Assembly (NCBI GenBank): GCA_964634325.1
Contig: CAZWJF010000009.1
Location: forward strand, 94,028-158,027
DNA: 64,000 nucleotides
Reading direction: 5' to 3'
From: an uncultured Rhodoblastus sp.
GTDB taxonomy: Bacteria > Pseudomonadota > Alphaproteobacteria > Rhizobiales > Beijerinckiaceae
Part shown: in pieces, positions 8,813 to 19,399 of the stretch
Position numbering within the stretch: position 1 is the stretch's first letter
Layout of the letters: each line of letters begins with the position of its first letter
Notes under the pieces: model-generated
Database searches by the model: none
Told to the model about the DNA's origin: nothing
What the model saw: only the letters and a program-made list of their open reading frames with translations
Position numbers and translations under genes: made by a program

Positions 8813-9433
8813 ATGAATCTCACGCCGCGTGAGAAAGACAAATTGCTGATCGCCATGGCCGCCATGGTCGCGCGCCGGCGCCTCGAGCGCGGCGCGAAGC
8901 TCAACCACCCGGAGGCCATCGCGCTCATCACCGATTTCGTGGTCGAAGGCGCGCGCGACGGCAAGAGCGTCGCCGAGCTGATGGAGGCCGGCGCGCATGT
9001 GCTGACGACCGAGCAGGTGATGGATGGCATCGCGGAGATGATCCACGACGTGCAGGTGGAAGCGACTTTCCCGGACGGCACCAAGCTCGTGACCGTGCAT
9101 CATCCGATCCGTGGACCGCATTCGAAACTCACGCCCGGCGAGATCGTCACGCCCGAAGGCGACATCGAGATGAATGTCGGCCGCGAGACGTTGACGCTCA
9201 CCGTCGCCAATACCGGCGACCGGCCGATCCAGGTCGGCTCGCACTATCATTTCTTCGAGACCAACCCCGCTCTCAAATTCGAGCGCGAGCGCACGAAGGG
9301 AATGCGCCTCGACATTCCCGCCGGCACAGCGGTGCGCTTCGAGCCCGGACAATCCCGCGAGGTGCGGCTCGTCGCGATTGCGGGCAAGCGCGAGGTCTAC
9401 GGGTTCAGGCAGGACGTGATGGGCAGGGTGTGA
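8813..9433 (+). CDS. ureAB: Urease gamma-beta fusion subunit (UreA::UreB)
   Basis: 206 aa. Residues 1-~100 are the gamma subunit ([13 protein letters not shown]...[10 protein letters not shown]). After a short linker (RGPHSKL) the beta subunit follows ([19 protein letters not shown]...[15 protein letters not shown]...). GGAGGA Shine-Dalgarno upstream. Confidence 0.9.
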   Translation: MNLTPREKDKLLIAMAAMVARRRLERGAKLNHPEAIALITDFVVEGARDGKSVAELMEAGAHVLTTEQVMDGIAEMIHDVQVEATFPDGTKLVTVHHPIRGPHSKLTPGEIVTPEGDIEMNVGRETLTLTVANTGDRPIQVGSHYHFFETNPALKFERERTKGMRLDIPAGTAVRFEPGQSREVRLVAIAGKREVYGFRQDVMGRV

Positions 9434-9440
9434 GGCGATC

Positions 9441-11162
<1,722 letters not shown>

Positions 11163-11177
11163 TCTGCCGGTTCGCAA

Positions 11178-11300
11178 GCCGTCATTGCGAGCCCGACAGA
11201 AGTCGGCTGTCGCCGACTTCGTCCGAAAGCGAAGCAATCCAACGTCCCGGCGAACCGCATGGATGGATTGCTTTGTCGTTTCATTCCGCGCAATGACGGC
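11178..11300. repeat. Composite nested-palindrome element (MITE/REP-like) containing hairpin A copy 2
   Basis: Outer 12-bp inverted repeat gccgtcattgcg (11178-11189) / cgcaatgacggc (11289-11300). Hairpin A copy at 11199-11220. Inner 9-bp inverted repeat aagcaatcc (11232-11240) / ggattgctt (11265-11273). Confidence 0.8.
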
Positions 11301-11318
11301 GAGGAGGAAACGAACAAC

Positions 11319-11615
11319 ATGATCCATGTCATCGCCACGCTCACCATCAAACCGGAATTGCGCGAGCAGACGCTCGCCGCCGCGCGCATCAACATCGCCG
11401 CGACGCAGCAAGAGGCCGGTTGCGTCTATTACGATATGTATGAAAGCGTCACGCGGCCGGGAACCTATGTCGTCGTGGAGAAATGGGAAGACCGAGAGGC
11501 GCTCAACGCCCACATGAACGCCGAGCATTTCAAGGTCTGGCGTAAGGCCGGCGCGGAAGGCATCACGTCTCGCAAGATCGAGATCGTGATGGGCGGCAAG
11601 GTCGAGGTGATGTGA
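11319..11615 (+). CDS. ABM-domain (antibiotic biosynthesis monooxygenase-like) small protein embedded in the urease operon
   Basis: 98 aa from ATG 11319, preceded by [19 protein letters not shown]...CVYYDMYES...[25 protein letters not shown] is a typical ferredoxin-like ABM fold signature. The longer track ORF (from 11259) would run through the repeat. Confidence 0.7.
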   Translation: MIHVIATLTIKPELREQTLAAARINIAATQQEAGCVYYDMYESVTRPGTYVVVEKWEDREALNAHMNAEHFKVWRKAGAEGITSRKIEIVMGGKVEVM

Positions 11616-11616
11616 G

Positions 11617-12225
11617 ATGACGCAGGTGCGAGCGATTTCTGTAAAGGCGGCCGGCTCCTGGCGCGACGATCCCGTAGACACCGTCGTGCTGGAATTCGAC
11701 GAACGGCATCGTCGGCGCGTGGCGATGACGGGGATTCGTGGCTTCGAATTCCTGCTCGACCTTCCCGAAGCGATCATGCTGCGGTCGGGCGACGCGCTCG
11801 CGCTGGAGGACGGCCGCGTCGTCGAGGTTCTGTCTGCGCCCGAACCGCTCGCCGAAATCTCCGCGCGTGACTCCAAACACCTCGTCCGCGTCGCCTGGCA
11901 TCTCGGCAACCGGCATCTGCCGACGCAGATCCTCGGCTCGAAGCTGCGTATCCGTCGGGATCACGTGATCGAGGAGATGGCGCGCGGCCTCGGCGCGGAA
12001 GTGAAGCAGATCGAGGCGCCCTTCGATCCCGAAGGCGGCGCCTACGCGCAGCACGTGGCGACGCATGGCCACGACCACGCTCACGGACATGAACACGGCC
12101 ACGACCATCATCATGACCACGATCATTGCGGTTGCGGACACGACCATGGCCATGAACATCATGAAGGTCATGATCACGCGCATGGTCAGGGCCACGCGCA
12201 TAAACACGAACACAAGCACGGCTGA
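11617..12225 (+). CDS. ureE: Urease accessory nickel chaperone UreE with a long His-rich tail
   Basis: 202 aa. N-terminal UreE fold ([17 protein letters not shown]...[10 protein letters not shown]). The C-terminal ~55 aa are [53 protein letters not shown]. Confidence 0.9.
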   Translation: MTQVRAISVKAAGSWRDDPVDTVVLEFDERHRRRVAMTGIRGFEFLLDLPEAIMLRSGDALALEDGRVVEVLSAPEPLAEISARDSKHLVRVAWHLGNRHLPTQILGSKLRIRRDHVIEEMARGLGAEVKQIEAPFDPEGGAYAQHVATHGHDHAHGHEHGHDHHHDHDHCGCGHDHGHEHHEGHDHAHGQGHAHKHEHKHG

Positions 12226-12918
12226 ATGCCGCGGCGGGTCAGCTTGTCTCCGGACATCCTTCTTACAATCTGGCTGTCGCCGTCCTTTCCGGTCGGCGCC
12301 TTCGCTTACAGTCACGGCCTCGAATGGGCGGTCGAGGCGGGCGACGTGCGCGATGAGGCGTCTCTCGTCGCGTGGCTGACCGATCTTGTCGAACACGGCG
12401 GCGCCCGCGCCGACGCGATCCTGCTCGCTGAGGCCTGGCGCACGACGAAAGCGCGCGACGCGGCGGCGCTGCGCGAGGTCGACGCTCTCGCGCTTGCGCT
12501 CGCGCCGTCGACGGAGCGCCGTCTCGAAACCGCGCAGCAGGGGCGGTCCTTCCTCTCGGCCCTGAGCGCAGCATGGCCTGCATCCGCGGTCGGCTGGGCC
12601 GAAGACGTATTGCGCGAAGAAGTCGCCTATCCAGTCGCCGTCGGCGTCGCTTGTGCGGCGCATGACGTTCCGCTCGCGCGCGCTTGCGAATCGTTTGCGC
12701 TCGGCTTTGTCGCCAATCTCGTCTCGGCTGCGGTGCGCCTAAGCGTCATCGGGCAGACGCAGGGCCAGAAGGTTCTGGCCGCGCTCACTGCGCCGGTTTC
12801 CGCGCTCGGCGTCTTTGCCGCGGCAGCGACGCTCGACGATCTCGGCTCCGCCGCCTTTCGCTCGGACATCGCCTCCATGCGGCATGAAACGCAATATTCC
12901 CATCTCTTCAGGAGTTGA
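12226..12918 (+). CDS. ureF: Urease accessory protein UreF
   Basis: 230 aa. [28 protein letters not shown] is the UreF N-terminal signature. Abuts the ureE stop. Confidence 0.9.
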   Translation: MPRRVSLSPDILLTIWLSPSFPVGAFAYSHGLEWAVEAGDVRDEASLVAWLTDLVEHGGARADAILLAEAWRTTKARDAAALREVDALALALAPSTERRLETAQQGRSFLSALSAAWPASAVGWAEDVLREEVAYPVAVGVACAAHDVPLARACESFALGFVANLVSAAVRLSVIGQTQGQKVLAALTAPVSALGVFAAAATLDDLGSAAFRSDIASMRHETQYSHLFRS

Positions 12919-13535
12919 ACATGGCCTCGTTCAATGGACCGTTGCGCGTCGGCATCGGCGGCCCGGTCGGTTCCGGCAAGACCGCGCTGATGGAAGTCCT
13001 GTGCAAACGTTTGCGTGAAAAATTCGAGATCGCGGCGATCACCAACGACATCTACACGAAGGAGGACGCGCGCATCCTCGCCGAATCCGGCGCGCTCGCC
13101 GCCGACCGCATCATGGGCGTGGAGACCGGCGGCTGCCCGCACACAGCGATCCGTGAGGACGCGTCCATCAATCTCGCGGCCATCGCCGACATGCGGAAGA
13201 AATTTCCCGACCTCGACATCATTCTGGTGGAGTCGGGCGGCGACAACCTGGCGGCGACCTTCTCGCCTGAACTTGCCGATCTCACCATCTACGTGATCGA
13301 TGTGTCGGGAGGCGAGAAAATCCCGCGCAAGGGCGGGCCGGGCGTCACGCGTTCCGACCTGCTGGTCATCAACAAGACTGACCTCGCGCCCTACGTCGGC
13401 GCCTCTCTGGAAGTCATGGCGCGCGACGCCAAGGTCCAGCGCCGCGACCGCCCCTTCGTGATGGCCAACATGAAGACGGGCGAAGGCGCGGATGCGATCG
13501 AGCGGTTCATTCTGGAGCGGGGTGGGTTGGGTTGA
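12915..13535 (+). CDS. ureG: Urease accessory GTPase UreG
   Basis: 206 aa. P-loop [11 protein letters not shown], ...[13 protein letters not shown]..., NKTDLAP. 4-nt overlap with ureF. Confidence 0.95.
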   Translation: MNMASFNGPLRVGIGGPVGSGKTALMEVLCKRLREKFEIAAITNDIYTKEDARILAESGALAADRIMGVETGGCPHTAIREDASINLAAIADMRKKFPDLDIILVESGGDNLAATFSPELADLTIYVIDVSGGEKIPRKGGPGVTRSDLLVINKTDLAPYVGASLEVMARDAKVQRRDRPFVMANMKTGEGADAIERFILERGGLG

Positions 13536-13538
13536 TCT

Positions 13539-13566
13539 CCCTCTCCCCGCACAAGCGGGGAGAGGG
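13539..13566. repeat. Palindromic repeat family B, copy 2
   Basis: ccctctccccgcacaagcggggagaggg between the convergent stops of ureG (13535) and the acyl-CoA dehydrogenase (13593). Probably a bidirectional terminator or REP. Confidence 0.8.
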
Positions 13567-13592
13567 CGCAGCCCCCATGTTCGTGCGGCTGA

Positions 13593-14735
13593 TTAGCGCC
13601 CCACCAGTCCTCTTGCCACGATCACACGCATGATCTCGTTCGTGCCCTCGAGAATCTGGTGCACGCGCAGGTCGCGCACGATCTTCTCGATGCCGTAATC
13701 GGCGAGATAGCCGTAGCCGCCGTGCAATTGCAGCGCGGAATTGGCGATCTCGAATCCCGCGTCGGTCGTGAATTTCTTGGCCATGGCGCAGAGCCGCGTG
13801 GCGTCCGCCGATTTCTGATCGAGCGCGGCCGCCGCGCGCCACAAGAAGGTGCGCGCGGCCTCGAGGTCGATCGCCATGTCCGCGAGCTTGAATTGCAGCG
13901 CCTGGAATTCGTCGAGCCTCTTGCCGAAGGCCTTGCGTTCGCCCATGTAGCCGATGGCCTTGTCGAGCGCAGCCTGCGCGCCGCCGAGCGAGCAGGCGGC
14001 GATGTTGAGGCGCCCGCCATCGAGGCCGGCCATCGCGATCTTGAAGCCGATGCCTTCCGGCCCGATGCGGTTTTCGACCGGCACGCGGCATTTGTCGAAG
14101 ATCACGGCGCGCGTCGGCTGCGCGTTCCAGCCCATCTTCTTTTCGTTTGCGCCGAAGGATAGGCCCGGCGTCCCGCCGGGCACGACGATGGTCGAGACGC
14201 CCTTCGGCCCGTCCTCGCCGGTGCGCGCCATCACGACATAGAAATCGTGCGGATTGCCGGCGCCGGAGATGAACTGCTTCTGTCCGGTGATGACGTAGTG
14301 GTCGCCGTCGCGTTCGGCGCGCGTGCGCAGAGCGGCGGCGTCCGAACCCGCGCCCGGCTCGGTCAGGCAATAGGAGGCGAGCTTCTCCATCGTGCAGAGG
14401 TCGGGCAGCCATTTGTGGCGCTGCTCGTCCGAGCCGAAATTGTCGATCATCCACGCGCACATGTTGTGGATGGAAATGTAGGCGGCCACCGTCGGGCAGC
14501 CCGTCGCCAGCGCCTCGAAGATCAGCGCGGCGTCGAGGCGTCCGAGGCCGGAGCCGCCGACGTCTTCCTTGATGTAGACGCCGCCCATGCCGAGCGCCGC
14601 GGCCTCGCGCAGCGTGTCGACGGGAAAAAATTTCTTCTCGTCCCATTCGAGCGCATGGGGGCCGAGCTTTTCACGCGCGAAATCGCGCGCCATGTCGCGA
14701 ATGGCGATCCTGTCCTCGGAAAGGTCGAAATTCAT
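13593..14735 (-). CDS. Acyl-CoA dehydrogenase (short/branched-chain type)
   Basis: 380 aa from ATG 14735 (GAGGA upstream). ...[14 protein letters not shown]..., ...[34 protein letters not shown]... Confidence 0.9.
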   Translation of the reverse strand: MNFDLSEDRIAIRDMARDFAREKLGPHALEWDEKKFFPVDTLREAAALGMGGVYIKEDVGGSGLGRLDAALIFEALATGCPTVAAYISIHNMCAWMIDNFGSDEQRHKWLPDLCTMEKLASYCLTEPGAGSDAAALRTRAERDGDHYVITGQKQFISGAGNPHDFYVVMARTGEDGPKGVSTIVVPGGTPGLSFGANEKKMGWNAQPTRAVIFDKCRVPVENRIGPEGIGFKIAMAGLDGGRLNIAACSLGGAQAALDKAIGYMGERKAFGKRLDEFQALQFKLADMAIDLEAARTFLWRAAAALDQKSADATRLCAMAKKFTTDAGFEIANSALQLHGGYGYLADYGIEKIVRDLRVHQILEGTNEIMRVIVARGLVGR

Positions 14736-14835
14736 GCGGCGTTCCTCTGGGCTTTGCCGCTTGCGTAGCAGAAAACCGCGCCGAAGAAACGCCAATCGGC
14801 GGAAGGCGGCTGTGCCGGATTGCGCCTTCGGTGGA

Positions 14836-14912
14836 TGGCGGTCCCGAAGGGATTCGAACCCCTGACCTTCGGTTTAGGAAACCGCTGCTCTATCCTGCTG
14901 AGCTACGGGACC
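14836..14912 (-). tRNA. tRNA-Arg (anticodon CCT)
   Basis: Hand-folded 77 nt: GGTCCCG-TA-GCTC-AGCAGGATA-GAGC-A-GCGGT-TTCCTAA-ACCGA-AGGTC-AGGGG-TTCGAAT-CCCTT-CGGGACC-G-CCA. Encoded CCA end, anticodon loop TT-CCT-AA. Confidence 0.9.
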
Positions 14913-14984
14913 GGCGCGCCTGTCTTGCCGCAATTCGCGAAAAAAGCAAAGACGGGTCCGGGCTCGGCGCATTCAGGAACATCG

Positions 14985-15458
14985 ATGGTTCGCCTGCTGA
15001 AAAGTTTCGTCGCGGGGTTCGCCGGCACGCTCGCGCAGATGACGCTCAGCTATCTCAAGGCGCGCCTCGGCATATTGCCCGAGTTTCAGCCCTACGATGA
15101 ATTCCAGCGCGCGTTGCAGGCGCTGACCGGCGCATCGGTTTCGCCGTCGTTCGCCTATGCGCTCACCTTCGTCAACGGCGCGGTCATCTGGGGTTTCGTT
15201 TTCGCGCGCCTGTACCGGCGGCTGCCGGGCCGCACGCCGTTGCGCAAGGGCCTGTTCTTCGCGCTCTGCGCGTGGATCGGGTCGGGCCTCGTTCTCCTGC
15301 CGTTCATGGGGCTCGGGCCCTTCGCGCTCCGCGCCGGGCTGGGCGTCCGTCCCGCGCTTTTCATGGCGCTGGGGCTTTGCGTCTATTCCTGCGTCATGAG
15401 CTTCGCCTATCGCGCGCTGGTCGGCGACGGGCGGGAGGGCGATGCGGCGCGGCCTTGA
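14985..15458 (+). CDS. Small integral membrane protein (unknown function)
   Basis: 157 aa from ATG 14985 with about 4 hydrophobic helices. The track ORF start at 14820 overlaps the tRNA and was rejected. Confidence 0.5.
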   Translation: MVRLLKSFVAGFAGTLAQMTLSYLKARLGILPEFQPYDEFQRALQALTGASVSPSFAYALTFVNGAVIWGFVFARLYRRLPGRTPLRKGLFFALCAWIGSGLVLLPFMGLGPFALRAGLGVRPALFMALGLCVYSCVMSFAYRALVGDGREGDAARP

Positions 15459-15510
15459 CGCGGAGCGGCTTGCCCGCCCAATCTTGTCCGATCAAAACGG
15501 GAGACAAATT

Positions 15511-16602
15511 ATGAAGGCCGCCGTCCTCACGGAGATCAACAAGCCGCTCGAAATCCTCGACCTCGAGCTCGATCCGCCGAAGGCCGGCGAAGCGCGCGTG
15601 CGCATGAAGGCGTCGGGCGTCTGCATGTCCGACTGGCATATGATGAACGGCGACTGGCCGGCGAAGCTTCCGCTCGTACCCGGCCACGAGGCGGCGGGAA
15701 TCGTCACGGAAGTAGGCCCCGGGCCGTCGCACGTTTCGGTCGGCGACCACGTCATCTTCTCCTTTTCCTCGCATTGCGGCCATTGCCGCTACTGCAATTC
15801 CGGCAAGTCGGTGCTCTGCAACGGCCATTCGGCGCCGGGCTTCCTGCTGCCGGACGGTTCGACCCGCATGCGGTTCAAGGCCGAGCCCGTCTACCAGATG
15901 GCGCGAATCGGCACCTTCCGCGAGGAAGTCGTCTGCTCCACTGAAAATCTCGTGCCGATCCGCAAGGATCTGCCCTGGACGGTCGCGGCCATCATCGGCT
16001 GTTCGGTCGCGACCGGCGTCGGCGCCGTCTATCGCGCGGCGAAGGTGGAGGCGGGCTCGAGCGTCGTGGTCGTCGGCTGCGGCGGCGTCGGCCTCAACAT
16101 CGTTCAGGGCGCAAAGCTCGTCGGCGCCGGCAAGATCATCGCGGTCGACCTGCTCGACAACAAGCTCGAATACGCCAAGCAGTTCGGCGCGACGCACACC
16201 ATCAACGCCAAGACCGCGAACGTCGTGAAGGAAGTGCGCGCGATCACCGGCGGCGGCGCGGATTACGCCTTCGACGCCATTGGCTCTGAGGCGACCGTGC
16301 TGCAGATCGTCGACTGCATCTGCGCTGGCGGCCGCGCCACCATGGTCGGCATTCCCTCGGTCACCGTAAAGGCGGGCATTTCGCCGGCCGGCATGGTCTT
16401 CCAGGAAAAGACGCTGACGTCGTCCTTTTACGGCTCCGTGCAGCCGGACATCGACTTCCCGATCCTCGCCGATCTCTACATGGACAAGAAGCTCGATCTC
16501 GACTCGCTGATCTCGCGCACCTATGCGCTCGACGAGATCAACGAGGGCTTCGAACAATTGCGCAAAGGCGGCGTCGCGCGCGGGGTCGTGGTTTTTGACT
16601 GA
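15511..16602 (+). CDS. Zinc-dependent alcohol dehydrogenase family protein
   Basis: 363 aa from ATG 15511. GVCMSDWHMMNGDW...PLVPGHEAAGIVTEVG, structural-Zn Cys cluster CGHCRYCNSGKSVLC, Rossmann VVVVGCGGVGLN. Confidence 0.85.
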   Translation: MKAAVLTEINKPLEILDLELDPPKAGEARVRMKASGVCMSDWHMMNGDWPAKLPLVPGHEAAGIVTEVGPGPSHVSVGDHVIFSFSSHCGHCRYCNSGKSVLCNGHSAPGFLLPDGSTRMRFKAEPVYQMARIGTFREEVVCSTENLVPIRKDLPWTVAAIIGCSVATGVGAVYRAAKVEAGSSVVVVGCGGVGLNIVQGAKLVGAGKIIAVDLLDNKLEYAKQFGATHTINAKTANVVKEVRAITGGGADYAFDAIGSEATVLQIVDCICAGGRATMVGIPSVTVKAGISPAGMVFQEKTLTSSFYGSVQPDIDFPILADLYMDKKLDLDSLISRTYALDEINEGFEQLRKGGVARGVVVFD

Positions 16603-16685
16603 ATTGTGACAGTCGCGCGCATGAACTAGGTTGTGACACATCTTTCCGCTACAAGCGCTGCGAGGCCGCGTAGCGGAGTTTTGTC

Positions 16686-18110
16686 ATGGCCCGAAAAGAC
16701 GTTTCAGACGACGAAACGCGTCGCGCGCGGTATGCGCGCGGCAAGGCGCTGCGAAAAGCGAACGCGCGCGAGAAGCACGGCGAATTTGCGGGCGAACACG
16801 ATCGCGATCCTGTCGCCATTCTCGGCGAGAGCGACAGCGGCCGCATCGCCAGGCTCCTGCCGCTTCGCTATGCGCGGATGACGCAATCGCCATTCGCCTT
16901 CCTGCGAGGGGCGGCTGCGGTGATGGCCGCCGATCTCGCGAGCGAACCCATCGCTGGCGTCGACGTGCAGGGTTGCGGAGACTGCCATCTGATGAATTTC
17001 GGCGTGTTCGCGTCGCCGGAAGACAACATTCTTTTCGACATCAACGATTTCGACGAGACATTGCCCGGCGTCGACTTCACGCTGGATGTGAAGCGTCTGG
17101 CGGCCTCGGTTGCGGTCGCCGCGCAAGCCGGCGGCAATTCGGATCGTAAGGCGCGCGCTTTCGCGGCGGGCGCGATCGCCGCCTATCGCCGCCACATGCA
17201 GGATCTGGCGCTGCTCTCGCCGATCGAAATCTGGCGCAGCCGCATCGATCTGCCGCTCGAGATCGCAGCCTTTTCCAATCCGTCGCTCGCCAGGCGCCTG
17301 CGCGGCGCCTTGATGAAGGTCGGGCCGGACCTCGATCGCGACGACAACTTTCCGCATCTGGCGACATCGAAGAAAGGCGTCGCGCGCATCGCAGATCGCG
17401 ACGACACGATCTTCCATCTCGATCCGACCGAGGCCGGCGAAGCTTTCGATCCGCAGGCGGCTTTCGCCGGCTATCTCAGAGGCCTGACGCCCGAACGCGC
17501 CGCGCTTCTGGCGCGCTACAGGCTTGTCGACTTCGCGTTCAAGGTCGTCGGCGTCGGCTCTGTCGGCACGTTTTGCGCCATCGGCCTGTTTCTGTCGGGC
17601 GATGGCGAGCCGCTGTTCCTTCAGATCAAGGAAGCCCAGCGTTCCGTGCTGGAGCGGGTCGCACCGCGCTCGGTTTGGGCGCTCGGTCAAGGACGCCGTG
17701 TGGTCGAAGGCCAGCGCGTTCTGCAAGCGGCCAGCGACGTTCTGCTCGGCTGGGTCGAGGAACCCGAGCACAACAGACATTTCTACGTTCGCCAGCTCAA
17801 GAACCGCCATCTTGGCTCGCTCGGCGAAGTTCTGGAAGGCGAGGCCCTGCCGGCCTATGCGCGACTGTGCGGCCGTACGCTGGCGCGCGCGCATGCGCGT
17901 TCGGGCGATCCGGCTGTGATCGCCGGTTACATGGGCCGGAGCGAGGTCTTCGACGACGCGATGGCCTCGTTTGCGATGAAATACGCACGCCAGACACGGA
18001 AGGACCACGCCGCGCTGGTTGCGGCGAAGGGGCCGCCTCCGGGCGCCGCGCCGTCACGGAACAAGGCCGGTAAAGCGAAAGCCAAGGCAGCCGCGAACGC
18101 GTCGGCCTGA
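16686..18110 (+). CDS. DUF2252-family protein
   Basis: 474 aa. RYARMTQSPFAFLRGAAAVMAADL...GDCHLMNFGVF...FDINDFDETLPG matches my recollection of DUF2252. Confidence 0.7.
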   Translation: MARKDVSDDETRRARYARGKALRKANAREKHGEFAGEHDRDPVAILGESDSGRIARLLPLRYARMTQSPFAFLRGAAAVMAADLASEPIAGVDVQGCGDCHLMNFGVFASPEDNILFDINDFDETLPGVDFTLDVKRLAASVAVAAQAGGNSDRKARAFAAGAIAAYRRHMQDLALLSPIEIWRSRIDLPLEIAAFSNPSLARRLRGALMKVGPDLDRDDNFPHLATSKKGVARIADRDDTIFHLDPTEAGEAFDPQAAFAGYLRGLTPERAALLARYRLVDFAFKVVGVGSVGTFCAIGLFLSGDGEPLFLQIKEAQRSVLERVAPRSVWALGQGRRVVEGQRVLQAASDVLLGWVEEPEHNRHFYVRQLKNRHLGSLGEVLEGEALPAYARLCGRTLARAHARSGDPAVIAGYMGRSEVFDDAMASFAMKYARQTRKDHAALVAAKGPPPGAAPSRNKAGKAKAKAAANASA

Positions 18111-18193
18111 TCGGCGGCGCGATCGGGACAGCCCCGATCGCGAAAGTCGCGAACGGCCTGCGAAGCTGAGACGCAGACCGCCCGCGCGCAGCG

Positions 18194-19090
18194 CTACACG
18201 GCGTGGCTGCGGGCGAGCCAATCTTCGCGCGTGATCCAGGCTTCGAGCAGCTTGACGTGCTCGGCTTCCTCCTTGGCGAATTCCTTGGCCGCCGCGACGA
18301 TCTCGGGATCGTTCGAGGTGCCGGCGACGCTGTAGTAGAATTCGTATCCGCGCTTCTCGCCGTCGAGCGCCGCCTTCAGCGCGTCGAGCCGCGTCATGGC
18401 CGGGTCGCCAGCCAGGATCGACGTGCGCTCTGGCGTCGCATGGTCCGGCCACACGTAGTCCGGCGGGATGTGCGCGCTGACATCCTTGCCCTTGCAGCGC
18501 TGCTGCGCCTCCGCCAGATGCAGGCGGGAATAGCCGGCGAGCTGTCGAAACAGCTTTGCGACCTCCGCGTTGCCGCACTGGTCCATTTCTGCCGCCAGCC
18601 CGTCGAAATGGCGCGCGGCTTCCTCCTCCACCTTGACCGCGTGGCCGAGGAAGTGATCGACGGAATTGATCTCGATGCCGCCCTTGAAGCGGCGCGCGGC
18701 GTGCGTCAGGTGCGGCGCCTGCTTGGGCAGCGTCTCGTCGCCCGCGAAGACCACCATGATGTCTTCGTTGCGCACGAAGCATTGGCACGCCAGGCGATAG
18801 CGCGGCGGCATGTCGTTGACTTCGGCGTTGACGATCTCCTCCTTGGTGATCTTGCCGAGTTGCCGCAGCATCTCCTTTTCCTTTTCGGTGAGCGCGATGG
18901 CGTAGGGCCTCTCGCCGCTCAGGTGCTTCACCTCAACCAGGCAGGATCCGCAATTGCCATCCTGGCAATCGAAGGGAATCGGAATCTTGTGCGCCTTGGC
19001 GACCGCCAGAACGGTGCCTCGGTCGCCAGCGACGGCGTAGACGGTGACATCGCGCGCCATCGACGGCGATGAGAAGGTGACATTGGCCAT
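18194..19090 (-). CDS. 2Fe-2S ferredoxin (long-insert, Shethna/FeSII-like) fused to a ferritin/rubrerythrin-like four-helix domain
   Basis: 298 aa from ATG 19090 (AGGAGA upstream). The N-terminal domain has CQDGNCGSC (C-X4-C-X2-C), with the fourth Cys 51 residues later in RLACQC. The C-terminal ~170 aa is helical with ...GEKRGYEFY... and ...KEEAEH... (ExxH). Confidence 0.8.
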   Translation of the reverse strand: MANVTFSSPSMARDVTVYAVAGDRGTVLAVAKAHKIPIPFDCQDGNCGSCLVEVKHLSGERPYAIALTEKEKEMLRQLGKITKEEIVNAEVNDMPPRYRLACQCFVRNEDIMVVFAGDETLPKQAPHLTHAARRFKGGIEINSVDHFLGHAVKVEEEAARHFDGLAAEMDQCGNAEVAKLFRQLAGYSRLHLAEAQQRCKGKDVSAHIPPDYVWPDHATPERTSILAGDPAMTRLDALKAALDGEKRGYEFYYSVAGTSNDPEIVAAAKEFAKEEAEHVKLLEAWITREDWLARSHAV

Positions 19091-19193
19091 TGGCGTTCTC
19101 CTGAGCCGGGACGCGTCACAGCAAGCGCCGGGTCTCGCCGGAGACGGGCGTTGCGATCGCATCGGGTTGCAGACTGGGTCCGGCTGGCGGCGA

Positions 19194-19208
19194 GCAACGC
19201 GCGTGCCA
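19194..19208 (-). promoter_or_regulatory. Sigma-54 (-24/-12) promoter for the ferredoxin::ferritin-like gene
   Basis: The minus strand reads TGGCAC-gcgcg-TTGC (GG-N10-GC), about 105 nt upstream of ATG 19090. A TGT-N10-ACA motif lies at 19238-19253. Confidence 0.55.
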
Positions 19209-19341
19209 GCGGATTCGACGCCGTTTTGTCGGAGATTTGTCCTGATCGCCACAGGTTGGGCCGCGCCCGCACAGTGTTGCGACGGGCGTCCGCGCCATCA
19301 GCAAGCGCGCAGGCTCGCGGCGCCGACGGCGTGTCCAAAGC

Positions 19342-19379
19342 AAAAAAAAAGCCGGCGCGGCGAAATCGCCTGCGCCGGC
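19342..19379 (-). terminator. Rho-independent terminator of efp
   Basis: GC-rich hairpin gccggcgc...gcgccggc (19351-19379) followed on the minus strand by a run of 9 T (19342-19350), 20 nt after the efp stop. Confidence 0.75.
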
Positions 19380-19399
19380 TTGAAGCGAAACGGTCGCGC

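Noticed and set aside
12062-12225. Repetitive CAC/CAT/GAC-rich DNA considered as a possible tandem-repeat or array-like element.
   Set aside because: It is in frame within ureE and encodes the His/Asp-rich metal-binding tail. There is no regular repeat-spacer periodicity.
14820-14984. N-terminal extension of the 212-aa ORF overlapping tRNA-Arg. Also considered: this tRNA as an integration hotspot.
   Set aside because: The extension is simply the tRNA read in one frame (..GFEPLTFGL..). No integrase, direct repeat of the tRNA 3' end or foreign-looking genes flank the tRNA.
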